Assembly: GCA_963693055.1 (NCBI GenBank)
Contig: OY843751.1
Span: 4,576,001 to 4,640,000, forward strand
Origin: a bacterium
GTDB taxonomy: Bacteria > Zhuqueibacterota > Zhuqueibacteria > Residuimicrobiales > Krinioviventaceae
Reading direction: 5' to 3'
Length of the DNA: 64,000 nt
In this document: one piece after another, positions 10,026 to 19,910 of the stretch
How the letters are laid out: each line of letters opens with the position of its first letter
Position numbering within the stretch: the first letter of the stretch is position 1
Notes under the pieces: model-generated
The model's database searches: none
The model's input: the letters and a program-made list of their open reading frames with translations, nothing else
What the model was told of the DNA's origin: nothing
Translations under genes and position numbers: made by a program

Positions 10026-12404
10026 TTATTCATACCTCAACGCCTTGACCGGTTCTGCAGTTGCCGCTCGGACCACCTGCCACAGCACGCTTGACAGTGC
10101 AATACCCAACGCTGCTATACCAGCAAAAATAAACATCCACCATTGCAGCGAAATCCGGTATGCATATCCCTCCAACCAGTTATTCAGCAGCCAGAATGCT
10201 ACGGGCCAGGCAATGATATTAGCGACTAGCATACCTTTTATAAGGTCTTTTAACAAATCATATACGATATTAAAAATAGACGCCCCCAGCACTTTACGAA
10301 CACCGGTTTCTTTGGTTTTCTGTTCCGTGGCAAAGGTTACCAGACCCCATATTCCCATACCTGAAATGATCAACGCCAACAATGTAAAAATCTGTACCAA
10401 ACGTCCTGCAACTTCTTCGGCATGATACAACCGCTCAAAACTCTCATCCAGAAAAAAGTACTCAAAGGGTTTATCGGGATAAAACGCAGTCCAGGTTTCT
10501 TTTACGGCACTCAGCAATCCGTCCAGGTCCCGGGTATCCACATTCAATGTCAAATGACCGAATTTGGAGGGCATGATCTGCACCAGCAAGGGATCAATTT
10601 TATATTGCGCGCCAAGATAATTATAATCTTTGATTACACCCACAACCTCCAGCTCGCGCTGGTCCATACCTTCTTTAATATGCTTACCGAGGGCTTCTGT
10701 TGCGTTGCTCCAGCCAAAAGCAGACAATGCAGCCTGATTTACCAGGCAGGCGTTCTGCTCGTCGCTGGTTATACTTTTATCAAAACTTCGTCCCGCAATT
10801 ATTTGAATATCATACAGGGATTGAAAATCCGTATCCCAAAAGGCATAATACACCATTTGCGATTTATCATCACTCTGCCCAATAACTGATGTCATCATAC
10901 TGCCCGCGCCTTGCCCCGGAACCGATGCGGAAGCGGTTGCCCCAAGCACATCCGGAATGCGCTCAAAACCGGACTTTAACGTTTCATAATTTCTCTCCAT
11001 AGCCCTTATCCCCTGCACAGGGATCACCAGCTTTTGTTTTTGATCGAATCCCGCATCCCGATTCTTCATGTAACGGATTTGCCCCCCTACCACCAGTGTA
11101 CCAATAATTAACAGCACTGAAACAGCAAATTGAAAAGTCACCAATACCCGGCGGATACCAAATCCACTACTGTTTTTCATCATCCCCCCTTTGATCAAGG
11201 TTATGGGTTTATATGATGAAATCAGCAAAGAAGGATAAATACCAATCAACATTCCGGTTACAATCATCATTGATAACACAAAAGCACAATTTTCAAGTGT
11301 AATCAAATCAAAAACATGAATATTTACAGATAAAAAGAATCGAAACATGGGCAGCAGACCCAATACAGCAATCAACGCCAAAACCAACGAGATCATTAAC
11401 AACAAAAATGACTCGAGGAAAAATTGAATGGCAAGCTGAATTCTATCTGCACCCACAACCCGACGTACCGTAATTTCCTTGCCTCGTTTTACTGCCCGCG
11501 CTGTGGTCAAATTGATATAGTTAAACATGGCTGTAAACAGTACCAGTAATCCAATCCCGCCAAACAGATATAAACGTTTCACATTTCCGGTAGCGGTAAA
11601 TTCATACTCTAAACCGGAATAGAGATAAATATCTCGTATTGGCTGCAAAATATACGAATAACGGTTTTCACCCGATGGATCGCGTGTGGTATGTGTTTCT
11701 GCAAATCTGGCAAGTGCCTGACTAAAATCCTCAGGATTCACCTGAGCACGCAGTTTGATATAGGTATAGATACCCGGCCAGTTCCAGTCCTGCATCCACG
11801 GCAGCCGGTCCAGTTGATGTATAGAAACAAACATATTGTACGGTAAATGGGTTTGTTTTGGTGCGTCTTCCAATACCGCAGATACGGTATAATCCCGTCT
11901 ATCCACTTTTAACACTTTACCAATCGGATCACCGTCCCCAAAATATTTCGCAGCAATAGACTTTGTGATTACAATGGAATTCAGATCATTTAAAGCAGTT
12001 TCCGCATTTCCTGAAACCAACGGTAACGTCAATACCTGAAAAACAGATGGATCCGCGTACAGCATCAGGTCTTCATAAAAGGTCTTGCTTTCATATTTTA
12101 CATATACCCGATTAAAAAAGCTCATCACCCTTGTACTAGCTTCAACCTGCGGGAATTGCTCCTTTAAAGCGGGACCCAACGGTGGTACATTCAACGCATA
12201 ATCACGATCAGAGGCATCATTTTCAATGCTCAATCCCAAACGGTAAATCCTGTCTGCGTCCTTATGATACCGGTCATACCCGGTTTCATTACTGATATAT
12301 AGATAAATAAAGACTACCGTAACCAGTCCCAACGCCAATCCCAGGATATTAATGCCGGAAGAGGTCTTGTTTTTCATCAAATTTCTGGATAACATTTTAA
12401 TCAT
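10026..12404 (-). CDS. ABC transporter permease (MacB/FtsX-type)
   Basis: 792 aa; FNYINLTTARA, EQKTKETGVRKVLGA, ends AEPVKALRYE. Confidence 0.95.
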   Translation of the reverse strand: MIKMLSRNLMKNKTSSGINILGLALGLVTVVFIYLYISNETGYDRYHKDADRIYRLGLSIENDASDRDYALNVPPLGPALKEQFPQVEASTRVMSFFNRVYVKYESKTFYEDLMLYADPSVFQVLTLPLVSGNAETALNDLNSIVITKSIAAKYFGDGDPIGKVLKVDRRDYTVSAVLEDAPKQTHLPYNMFVSIHQLDRLPWMQDWNWPGIYTYIKLRAQVNPEDFSQALARFAETHTTRDPSGENRYSYILQPIRDIYLYSGLEYEFTATGNVKRLYLFGGIGLLVLFTAMFNYINLTTARAVKRGKEITVRRVVGADRIQLAIQFFLESFLLLMISLVLALIAVLGLLPMFRFFLSVNIHVFDLITLENCAFVLSMMIVTGMLIGIYPSLLISSYKPITLIKGGMMKNSSGFGIRRVLVTFQFAVSVLLIIGTLVVGGQIRYMKNRDAGFDQKQKLVIPVQGIRAMERNYETLKSGFERIPDVLGATASASVPGQGAGSMMTSVIGQSDDKSQMVYYAFWDTDFQSLYDIQIIAGRSFDKSITSDEQNACLVNQAALSAFGWSNATEALGKHIKEGMDQRELEVVGVIKDYNYLGAQYKIDPLLVQIMPSKFGHLTLNVDTRDLDGLLSAVKETWTAFYPDKPFEYFFLDESFERLYHAEEVAGRLVQIFTLLALIISGMGIWGLVTFATEQKTKETGVRKVLGASIFNIVYDLLKDLIKGMLVANIIAWPVAFWLLNNWLEGYAYRISLQWWMFIFAGIAALGIALSSVLWQVVRAATAEPVKALRYE

Positions 12405-12429
12405 TTTCGATTCTTCACTCCTGTTTTTT

Positions 12430-12452
12430 GCTTATAGCTAATAGCTGAAAGC
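12430..12452. repeat. GCT-type heptamer array; reverse complement of 7479-7499
   Basis: gcttata-gctaata-gctgaaa-gc; reverse complement matches 7479-7499 at 19/21 positions. Confidence 0.8.
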
Positions 12453-12454
12453 AG

Positions 12455-12487
12455 CTCATCTCACATTTCACGTCTCACGTCTGACGT
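12455..12487. repeat. TCACGT-type heptamer array (unpaired in window)
   Basis: ctcacat-ttcacgt-ctcacgt-ctgacgt at 12460-12487, abutting the stop codon. Confidence 0.8.
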
Positions 12488-14823
12488 TACTCATACCTCA
12501 ACGTTTTTACAGGATCCATCGTTGCGACTTTGAGGGTTTGCCAGCTTGTGGTGAATACAGCAATTCCTAAAGCCATAAATCCTGCCAGTACGAATATCCA
12601 AAATTGCAAATCAATACGATACGCATAATTCTGCAGCCACTTGTTCATCATGTACCAGGTTAGCGGCCAGGCGATAATATTTGCCGCCAATACCCAGCGT
12701 GCAAAATCACTTGTCATTAAAAGGATGATTCCCGATACCGGCGCACCTAAAACTTTACGGATGCCAATTTCCTTGGTGCGTTGTTCAGCGGTAAACATGG
12801 ACAAGCCCAGCAATCCCAAGCCCGCAATAACCAGAGCAAGCGCTGTAAAACTGTTGATTACATTTTCAACTTTTTGATCAGCTTTATAATAATCATTAAT
12901 TTCTTCATCTATAAAACTGTACTCAAATGGATCATCAGGGACCAGAGTCTTCCAGAGGGACTCTATTTCATTGATTGTACTGTTCAAACCCGTGGGTTCT
13001 ACTCGTACTATTAAAAATCTTGTATTTTCTGCTTTATTATTGATCATTAACGGACCAATCTTTTCGTGTAGTGAACGAAAATTAAAATCCTTTACAACCC
13101 CAATAACCGTTCGATCACCAACCCGCTTACCCACAGCATCATCAAATCCCATCATTTTCATGGCAGCTTCATTGATCACCAGGCTTGAGGAAGAATCAGA
13201 CGGAAACTCGCGCGAGAAAAAACGTCCCTGTACCATCTGCATTTCAAGGGTACTCACCATATCATTATCCGCAGATAATATATGGATCAGGAAATTCTCT
13301 TCACCTCTTCGCTCTTCCCAGTCATCCATAACGATAGAATGCCCAAGATATGAAGGTGAATACGAAACCCCACTCGCGCTCGTTACAAAACGGCATCCCT
13401 CTATCTCTCTTTTCAATAATTCAATTTGGGTTGCCGGTTTATTTTGCAAATCTATCAATAAAACATTTCTCTGATTATACCCAAGTTTATGGTTACGCAT
13501 ATAATGCAGCTGCTGATTTATTACCATTGAACTGGCAATCAAAACAATGGTTATAACAAACTGAAATGAAACCAACACCCGGCGAAAAGCTTTACCTTTT
13601 AACCCAAATCCCGATTTAGCTTTCAATACTTTAACCGGATTAAATGATGACATAAAGAATGCAGGATAACTACCGGATATCACTCCGGTCAAAAACGCGA
13701 TCAATATAAATCCAATCAATATCCTGACATCCTGGATTATCCTGATTGATAATTGTTTACCGGAAATCATTTCAAAAACAGGCATGAACAGTTTCAATAA
13801 CACCAGGGAGATCAGAAAAGCAGTAAACGTGTAAATCAGTGTCTCGCCCATAAACTGCATTACCAAATCTTTTTTCCCGGCCCCTATCACTTTGCGCAGC
13901 CCCACCTCCATTGAACGGTTACCTGCTCTCGCGGTGCTCAGATTCATAAAATTGATACATGCCAGCAACAACACAATCACAGCCAATATTGAAAAAATAT
14001 AAATATATCGTATATCCCCATTACCGCCCATACCCCACATGGTCCCGGATCTCAAATGGATATCGGTCAATGGCTGCAAGGACAGATCAACAAGCGCATC
14101 TTTAAACCGGTCTTTAATAATGGGTTTAATTTTTTCATCAACAACGCTTTCGTCAATTCCATCTTTCAGCTTGACAAATGTAGAGAACGCGTAATAATTC
14201 CAATTCTCTTTGGGTTCTCCAAAGTTGTCAATGGATTCAAAAGGAATAATAAACTTGAAACTATGGATTGTATTAGAGGGCAGTGTTTTCAAAACACCGG
14301 TAACTTTATAATCATGTTTACTGTCAATACGCAGTGTCTTTCCCAAAGCGTCAACAGTGCCAAAATACTTTATTGCCATGGGCTCTGTCAATAGAATTGA
14401 CATGGGTTCAGTTAATGCATTCTCAGGTGTTCCGCTTGCAAATCCAAAACTGAAATAGTCGAAAAAATTCTGATCAGCACACAAGATCCGTGTTTCGTTG
14501 AATTGCTTGTCTTCATATTGTAACACATGCTTCCCAATGGATTTCATGCGCAGAGCACTCTGAATTTCAGGATAATCCGTGGCAAGTAATGGTCCAAGGT
14601 CTGGTGGATTGGTTGAAAACAACAAAACCTCTCCGTTTGAATAAGTTTCAATATCGATTACCCGGTAGATTTTCTCCGCATCGTCATGAAACCGGTCAAA
14701 GCTTAACTCATCCTGCACCCATAATAAAATAAATAACGCGCAAACCATACCCAGCGCCAATCCCAGAATGTTGATTGTAGAATGGATTTTATTTTTTAAT
14801 AATTGCCTGATTATAATCTTCAT
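12487..14823 (-). CDS. ABC transporter permease (MacB/FtsX-type)
   Basis: 778 aa; LACINFMNL, EQRTKEIGIRKVLGA, ends MDPVKTLRYE. Confidence 0.95.
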   Translation of the reverse strand: MKIIIRQLLKNKIHSTINILGLALGMVCALFILLWVQDELSFDRFHDDAEKIYRVIDIETYSNGEVLLFSTNPPDLGPLLATDYPEIQSALRMKSIGKHVLQYEDKQFNETRILCADQNFFDYFSFGFASGTPENALTEPMSILLTEPMAIKYFGTVDALGKTLRIDSKHDYKVTGVLKTLPSNTIHSFKFIIPFESIDNFGEPKENWNYYAFSTFVKLKDGIDESVVDEKIKPIIKDRFKDALVDLSLQPLTDIHLRSGTMWGMGGNGDIRYIYIFSILAVIVLLLACINFMNLSTARAGNRSMEVGLRKVIGAGKKDLVMQFMGETLIYTFTAFLISLVLLKLFMPVFEMISGKQLSIRIIQDVRILIGFILIAFLTGVISGSYPAFFMSSFNPVKVLKAKSGFGLKGKAFRRVLVSFQFVITIVLIASSMVINQQLHYMRNHKLGYNQRNVLLIDLQNKPATQIELLKREIEGCRFVTSASGVSYSPSYLGHSIVMDDWEERRGEENFLIHILSADNDMVSTLEMQMVQGRFFSREFPSDSSSSLVINEAAMKMMGFDDAVGKRVGDRTVIGVVKDFNFRSLHEKIGPLMINNKAENTRFLIVRVEPTGLNSTINEIESLWKTLVPDDPFEYSFIDEEINDYYKADQKVENVINSFTALALVIAGLGLLGLSMFTAEQRTKEIGIRKVLGAPVSGIILLMTSDFARWVLAANIIAWPLTWYMMNKWLQNYAYRIDLQFWIFVLAGFMALGIAVFTTSWQTLKVATMDPVKTLRYE

Positions 14824-14840
14824 TTTATACCTTTTTTATT

Positions 14841-14919
14841 CTGGTTTTCAGTAATCAGTTGGCAGTTTACAGTAACAAGTTCCGTTTTACTGATAACTGA
14901 ATACTGATAACCGTCAACT
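14841..14919. repeat. Inverted heptamer-array element (empty copy 3)
   Basis: (A/G)GT at 14843, 14850, 14857, 14864, 14871, 14878; AC(T/C) at 14889, 14896, 14903, 14910, 14917. Confidence 0.9.
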
Positions 14920-17289
14920 TTATTCATACCTCAACGCCTTTACCGGATCAGCCGTTGCCGCTTTAATCACCTGCAAACTCACGGTCAGCATGGCAATCAA
15001 AAGCGCTGCGGCACCTGCCAGCAAAAACGGCCATACGGTAATATTAATCCGGTAAGCAAAATTCTCTAACCATTTATGCATAGCATACCAGGCTATGGGC
15101 CAGGAAATCACACTGGAAATCAGAATACGATTTATAAATCCACCCAGCAATAATCTGAGAATACTGCTCAATGAAGCGCCCAGCACTTTACGTACACCAA
15201 TCTCTTTGGTGCGTTTTTCAGCCATAAACGAGGCAAATCCAAACAGTCCCAGGCACGAGATAAATATGGCAAATACGGTAAATCCGTTAAAAAGGAGTTT
15301 GATCCGCTGTTCCAATTGATACATGCGTTCATATCGTTCATCCAAAAAGCTGTATTCCAGGGGATATCCTGTCACGCGTCTGTCCCAAACACTTTTAATT
15401 GACCGGACACTCTCATCGATCCTGTCACCGGTTCGTACCAAAAGAGTGAATCCCATAGCGCTGATGGGCTCTTCTGTCATGGGTAAAAATACTTGTGGTT
15501 CCACGCTTTTATGCAGCGAGTGAAAATTGGCATCTTTGATCACACCCACAATAGTTCTCGGATTGTCATTTCCATAAACCGTGATCGTTTTCCCGATGGG
15601 GTCTGTTATACCCATCCGGCTCAAACCGGTTTCATTGATAATAACCGAGTTATTCACATCTCCGGGATGTTCCAATGAAAAACTCCTGCCAAACAAAAGC
15701 GCTACATTCAGGTCCGATAAATAGGATTCGTTGATCCAGTTGACCTCCCACAATACATCCTCATCCGGGTCGTTGCCCTGCCAGTTCACGGATTGGGTGG
15801 CACGGGCTATATGCTCGGGAGAACAGTTTTTCACAGCCACACCGGCAATTCCGGGTTGACGCAGCAGTTCATCCCGCATGGATTCATAATCCACATCAAC
15901 ACCCCGGTTTACTTCCACACACAATACATTATCTTTATTGAAACCCAAAGATTTGTTCTGCAGAAAATGTACCTGCTCATTTACAACCAGCATTCCGGTT
16001 ATTAATGCAATAGACAGGGAAAACTGAACAATAGTGAGTATATGACGGAACCCAAAAGTTTTTCCCGCTTGAATTTTTTGTTTAAATGCCCCTTGCGGCT
16101 TGATCGCTGAAAGATAAAACGCGGGATATGCTCCCGCAATCAATGCGGTAACAATCAAAATGCCCACCAACGAGAACAAGAACCTCGGATCGACCAGATT
16201 CAATGCACATACAGAACTTGATAATTTTGCATAAATGGGACATCCTATAACTGCAAGTCCCAGTGCAAGGATAAATGCTGCAAATGTAATCAGAAACGAT
16301 TCACCCATAAACTGCATTACAATATCTTTTCTGGCTGCTCCCATCACCTTTTTCAAACCGATCTCTTTGGCGCGATTGGTAAACCGGGCTGTGGATATGC
16401 TCATATAGTTGATACAGGCTATGAGCAAAATGAAAACAGCAATGACAGAAAATATATAAATATAATTTCGGTTCACGTTGGTACTGTCATCATTGAACAA
16501 GCCAGGCTCTAGATGTATAGATTGTAACGGCTGTAATTCAAAACTCTTGTTTGTATTCGGATTCGAATTATTCTTCTTATACAACGCGGTAATATTACCG
16601 GCTACCGCCTGGGGGTCGGATTGCTCATCTATCAATACATATGTATATGTGGGGAACCGGTTCCAGCGTGTCAGCAGATCGTTACGTTTTTCAGCCGCTT
16701 CAAAAGAAGTCAGAAAACGGAATCCCATATGCGAGTTTTCCGGCCAATCCTTTATAACCGCTGAAACGGTCATCAATTGATCATTCACCTCTAGCTGTCG
16801 GTTGAGCGGATATTGATCGCCAAAATATTTTTTTGCCGCGCTTTCCGTAAAAACAATCCTGCCCGGAGCAGATAATGCATTTCGGGCATCACCAGCTAAA
16901 AACTCGACTGAAAAAATATCAAAAAAGGACGGGTCAGCTACCGCCACCCCATTTTCAAACATGGCTTCATTATTATAACGAAACAATGTATTAACCCCGC
17001 TCCTGAACCGCGTTGCATTTACCACCTGCGGCAATTCTTGTTCAAGCTCAGGCGCCATTGGACCGGGAGTAGAAGCCCATTTTGCAGCATCATCATGAAA
17101 ATCAGCTATCACCCGGTAAACCCGTTCCGATTTTTCATTAAATGCGTCATACCCTAACTCATGCTGCACCCACTGTAAAATAAATATCACACAGGCCAAA
17201 CTCACCGCCAGCCCGGTTATATTTAAAATGGAGTATTGTTTATGTTTTAACAAATTTCGTATCGCAATTTTCAGATAATTAATTAACAT
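14920..17289 (-). CDS. ABC transporter permease (MacB/FtsX-type)
   Basis: 789 aa; IACINYMSI, EKRTKEIGVRKVLGA, ends ADPVKALRYE. Confidence 0.95.
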   Translation of the reverse strand: MLINYLKIAIRNLLKHKQYSILNITGLAVSLACVIFILQWVQHELGYDAFNEKSERVYRVIADFHDDAAKWASTPGPMAPELEQELPQVVNATRFRSGVNTLFRYNNEAMFENGVAVADPSFFDIFSVEFLAGDARNALSAPGRIVFTESAAKKYFGDQYPLNRQLEVNDQLMTVSAVIKDWPENSHMGFRFLTSFEAAEKRNDLLTRWNRFPTYTYVLIDEQSDPQAVAGNITALYKKNNSNPNTNKSFELQPLQSIHLEPGLFNDDSTNVNRNYIYIFSVIAVFILLIACINYMSISTARFTNRAKEIGLKKVMGAARKDIVMQFMGESFLITFAAFILALGLAVIGCPIYAKLSSSVCALNLVDPRFLFSLVGILIVTALIAGAYPAFYLSAIKPQGAFKQKIQAGKTFGFRHILTIVQFSLSIALITGMLVVNEQVHFLQNKSLGFNKDNVLCVEVNRGVDVDYESMRDELLRQPGIAGVAVKNCSPEHIARATQSVNWQGNDPDEDVLWEVNWINESYLSDLNVALLFGRSFSLEHPGDVNNSVIINETGLSRMGITDPIGKTITVYGNDNPRTIVGVIKDANFHSLHKSVEPQVFLPMTEEPISAMGFTLLVRTGDRIDESVRSIKSVWDRRVTGYPLEYSFLDERYERMYQLEQRIKLLFNGFTVFAIFISCLGLFGFASFMAEKRTKEIGVRKVLGASLSSILRLLLGGFINRILISSVISWPIAWYAMHKWLENFAYRINITVWPFLLAGAAALLIAMLTVSLQVIKAATADPVKALRYE

Positions 17290-17349
17290 TGAATTTCCTG
17301 GAATATTGAAAACACTCTATTTTTATCTATACTAAATTATTATTTATAT

Positions 17350-17429
17350 CTAGTCATCAGTAATCAGTCGTCAGTTTACAGCAACAAGTTCCGTTATTAC
17401 TGATAACTGAATACTGACAACCGAAAACT
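17350..17429. repeat. Inverted heptamer-array element (empty copy 4)
   Basis: AG(T/C) at 17352, 17359, 17366, 17373, 17380, 17387; AC(T/C) at 17399, 17406, 17413, 17420, 17427. Confidence 0.9.
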
Positions 17430-19745
17430 TTATTCATACCTCAACGCCTCTACCGGATTCGCCGTAGCGGTTTTGATTACCTGCCAGCTTGTGGTCAGTA
17501 GAGCAATGGACAAAGCTGCAATACCCGAGATGGCAAATATCCACCAGCCCAACTCAGTACGATACGCAAAACTCTCAAGCCACTTGTTCATGATATACCA
17601 GCTCATCGGTACAGCGATAACAAATGCAATAACGGTCCATTTCAGCATATCCCGGTTCAGCAGGGCTGTTATCTCCCGCACTGATGCACCATTCACTTTG
17701 CGAATGCCTACCTCTTTGGCGCGACGTCGGGTCGTAAACTGCACCACACCAAAGGTACCCATAGCTGTAATCAGCAGGGCAATTACAGAAAAAATCCGGA
17801 TTGCGAATCCCAGTCTTTCTTCAGATTTATACATGGCATCATACCATTCGTCATAAAAAGAATATTCTAATACAAATTCAGGACAAACCTCATCCCAAAC
17901 ATTCTGGATATAATCCAAAGTGCCTGAAATATTTTCAGGAGCAATTCTCAGAGACAGCCAGGTATAATAGCTATCCTGATTATAAATAAAAAACGCGGGT
18001 TCAAGAGATTTGTACATACTCTCCGTATGAAAATCCTTAACGACTCCAATCACATCATTACCATTAATCTTTTTGTCCACAATTGAATTCCAGTTCACCA
18101 ATTTCCTGGCAGATTCATTAATGATAATGACATTGTTTTTCTCTGTTTCAATAAAATTTCTACCCTCAATGACCGAAATATCAAAAACATTGAAAAAATC
18201 CGTATCTACCATAAAAGTGGATACACTTTCTTTCCAGGTTCCCGCATCATACGCTTCATTCCATCCGTTTCCCATATATACTGCACCGGGACCGCTGTTT
18301 GAACAGGTCACATGATAAATTTGCGGAGATTCTGCAATTTTCTGTTTCAACAAGGGCAGTTTATCCTTGATCCGCCATGACACTTCAATCTTGACCAGGC
18401 AATCCTTGTCAAATCCCCAATCCATATTTTTAACATGCTTCATCTGAAGACTGATCACGATCAGCGCCGTGATCAGGATAATACTTACGGTATACTGCAC
18501 AGTCAGTAATCCCGCCTTGATCTTGAGCGCATTCCCATCAACATTGCGAAACATGGAGAGAACCGAGTAACGCGACGCCAGTATCGCGGGAAACAATCCT
18601 GCCAGTACCGAAATAAAAATCAACCCCGCAGGGATCAACAGGACCGTGGGCATCGAGTAAATATAATTCATATCAAAGGACTTGTTGACAATAGACTCAA
18701 ACACCGGTTTGGTCAAACCGGACAATAAAATAGCTGCCAAAAGTGATATGGCGCCAATCATTACAGATTCCAGAATAAATTGAAAAAATATAGTTTTACA
18801 ACCAGCGCCGACGGTCTTTTTAGTGCCAATCTCTTTGATCCGGGTCATATATTGTGCTGTAAACAAAACAATAAAATTTAAAATCGAGATTAAAAGAACC
18901 AACAGGGCAATTGCTCCCAAAATACGGATCAATCGCAAATTGGCGTGCATTAAATGGCTGCTGTCCCGGGCATCACTGAAATACGAATCTTTTAGAGACA
19001 TCAGATGGACCGGGTTATCCACCATATCATGATCAATTAAATGCGCGGACAATTTTCCATTAACTGCCGAAACATCACTGCCAGGCTCAAGCAGTACAAA
19101 ATAACGGTTAAAATATATTGTCTCACCATCATTTGTATAGCTGTTGACAACTGTTTTCAGGTCTCTGTGAATTATGGCTTTTGGCTGAAGACTGGAATTT
19201 CCAGGCAAGGATTTAATCACTGCACTCACGGTTAGATCATTTTTATGATATACCGTTAACGGTTCTCCAACAGGATTCCGTTCACCAAACAGTTTTTGTG
19301 CAATTTCTTCAGTCAAAATGATGGAATTTATATCGCTCAGAGCTGTCTCTTTGTTACCATATACAAAATCCACATCAAAAATATCAAAGAATGATGGTTC
19401 GGTATGCAGAATTTGATTGACCTTGAACGAATGCAGATCATGGGTCAATGCACCCCGGAAATTGATAAAATAGTTATATCGGCATACCTGTTCAATTTCA
19501 GGGAAATCATGGGTCAGATAATCAATTGCATCTTCGTTAATATCACTCTTGTCACCGTCTTTGATTATCCGATAAATACGGTCGACTTTGCTAAAAGCCC
19601 GGTCATAAGACAATTCATTAAATACAAAAGCGGATAACAGCAGGACCACTGTCAGGCTCAGTGTAAATCCTGATATGGTAATAACCGAGAATGTCTTGTT
19701 CCTGATCAAATTTCTATAAAACAACCGAAAAAAATGGATCATCAT
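17430..19745 (-). CDS. ABC transporter permease (MacB/FtsX-type)
   Basis: ORF track runs to 19760, but a GGGAG RBS favours ATG at 19745/19742; RRRAKEVGIRKVNGA, ends ANPVEALRYE. Confidence 0.93.
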   Translation of the reverse strand: MMIHFFRLFYRNLIRNKTFSVITISGFTLSLTVVLLLSAFVFNELSYDRAFSKVDRIYRIIKDGDKSDINEDAIDYLTHDFPEIEQVCRYNYFINFRGALTHDLHSFKVNQILHTEPSFFDIFDVDFVYGNKETALSDINSIILTEEIAQKLFGERNPVGEPLTVYHKNDLTVSAVIKSLPGNSSLQPKAIIHRDLKTVVNSYTNDGETIYFNRYFVLLEPGSDVSAVNGKLSAHLIDHDMVDNPVHLMSLKDSYFSDARDSSHLMHANLRLIRILGAIALLVLLISILNFIVLFTAQYMTRIKEIGTKKTVGAGCKTIFFQFILESVMIGAISLLAAILLSGLTKPVFESIVNKSFDMNYIYSMPTVLLIPAGLIFISVLAGLFPAILASRYSVLSMFRNVDGNALKIKAGLLTVQYTVSIILITALIVISLQMKHVKNMDWGFDKDCLVKIEVSWRIKDKLPLLKQKIAESPQIYHVTCSNSGPGAVYMGNGWNEAYDAGTWKESVSTFMVDTDFFNVFDISVIEGRNFIETEKNNVIIINESARKLVNWNSIVDKKINGNDVIGVVKDFHTESMYKSLEPAFFIYNQDSYYTWLSLRIAPENISGTLDYIQNVWDEVCPEFVLEYSFYDEWYDAMYKSEERLGFAIRIFSVIALLITAMGTFGVVQFTTRRRAKEVGIRKVNGASVREITALLNRDMLKWTVIAFVIAVPMSWYIMNKWLESFAYRTELGWWIFAISGIAALSIALLTTSWQVIKTATANPVEALRYE

Positions 19746-19812
19746 TACTCCCAAAATCAATCAATATACCAAATCAACGCACCTGTTCTTTAAATCATCA
19801 TTATTTACCAAC

Positions 19813-19905
19813 CATAGTTTTCAGTCGGTAGTTATCAGTTTTCAAAATACTATTTACATTCCACATAATATTTTACTGATTACAGACTACTGAAAACTGA
19901 CAACT
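19813..19905. repeat. Inverted heptamer-array element (empty copy 5)
   Basis: AGT at 19816, 19823, 19830, 19837; AC(T/A) at 19875, 19882, 19889, 19896, 19903. Confidence 0.9.
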
Positions 19906-19910
19906 CGTTT

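Noticed and set aside
104-19905. Integron cassette array with attC sites
   Set aside because: The gene-plus-hairpin layout is similar, but there is no integrase in the window and the hairpins lack consistent RYYYAAC/GTTRRRY ends; they are period-7 arrays
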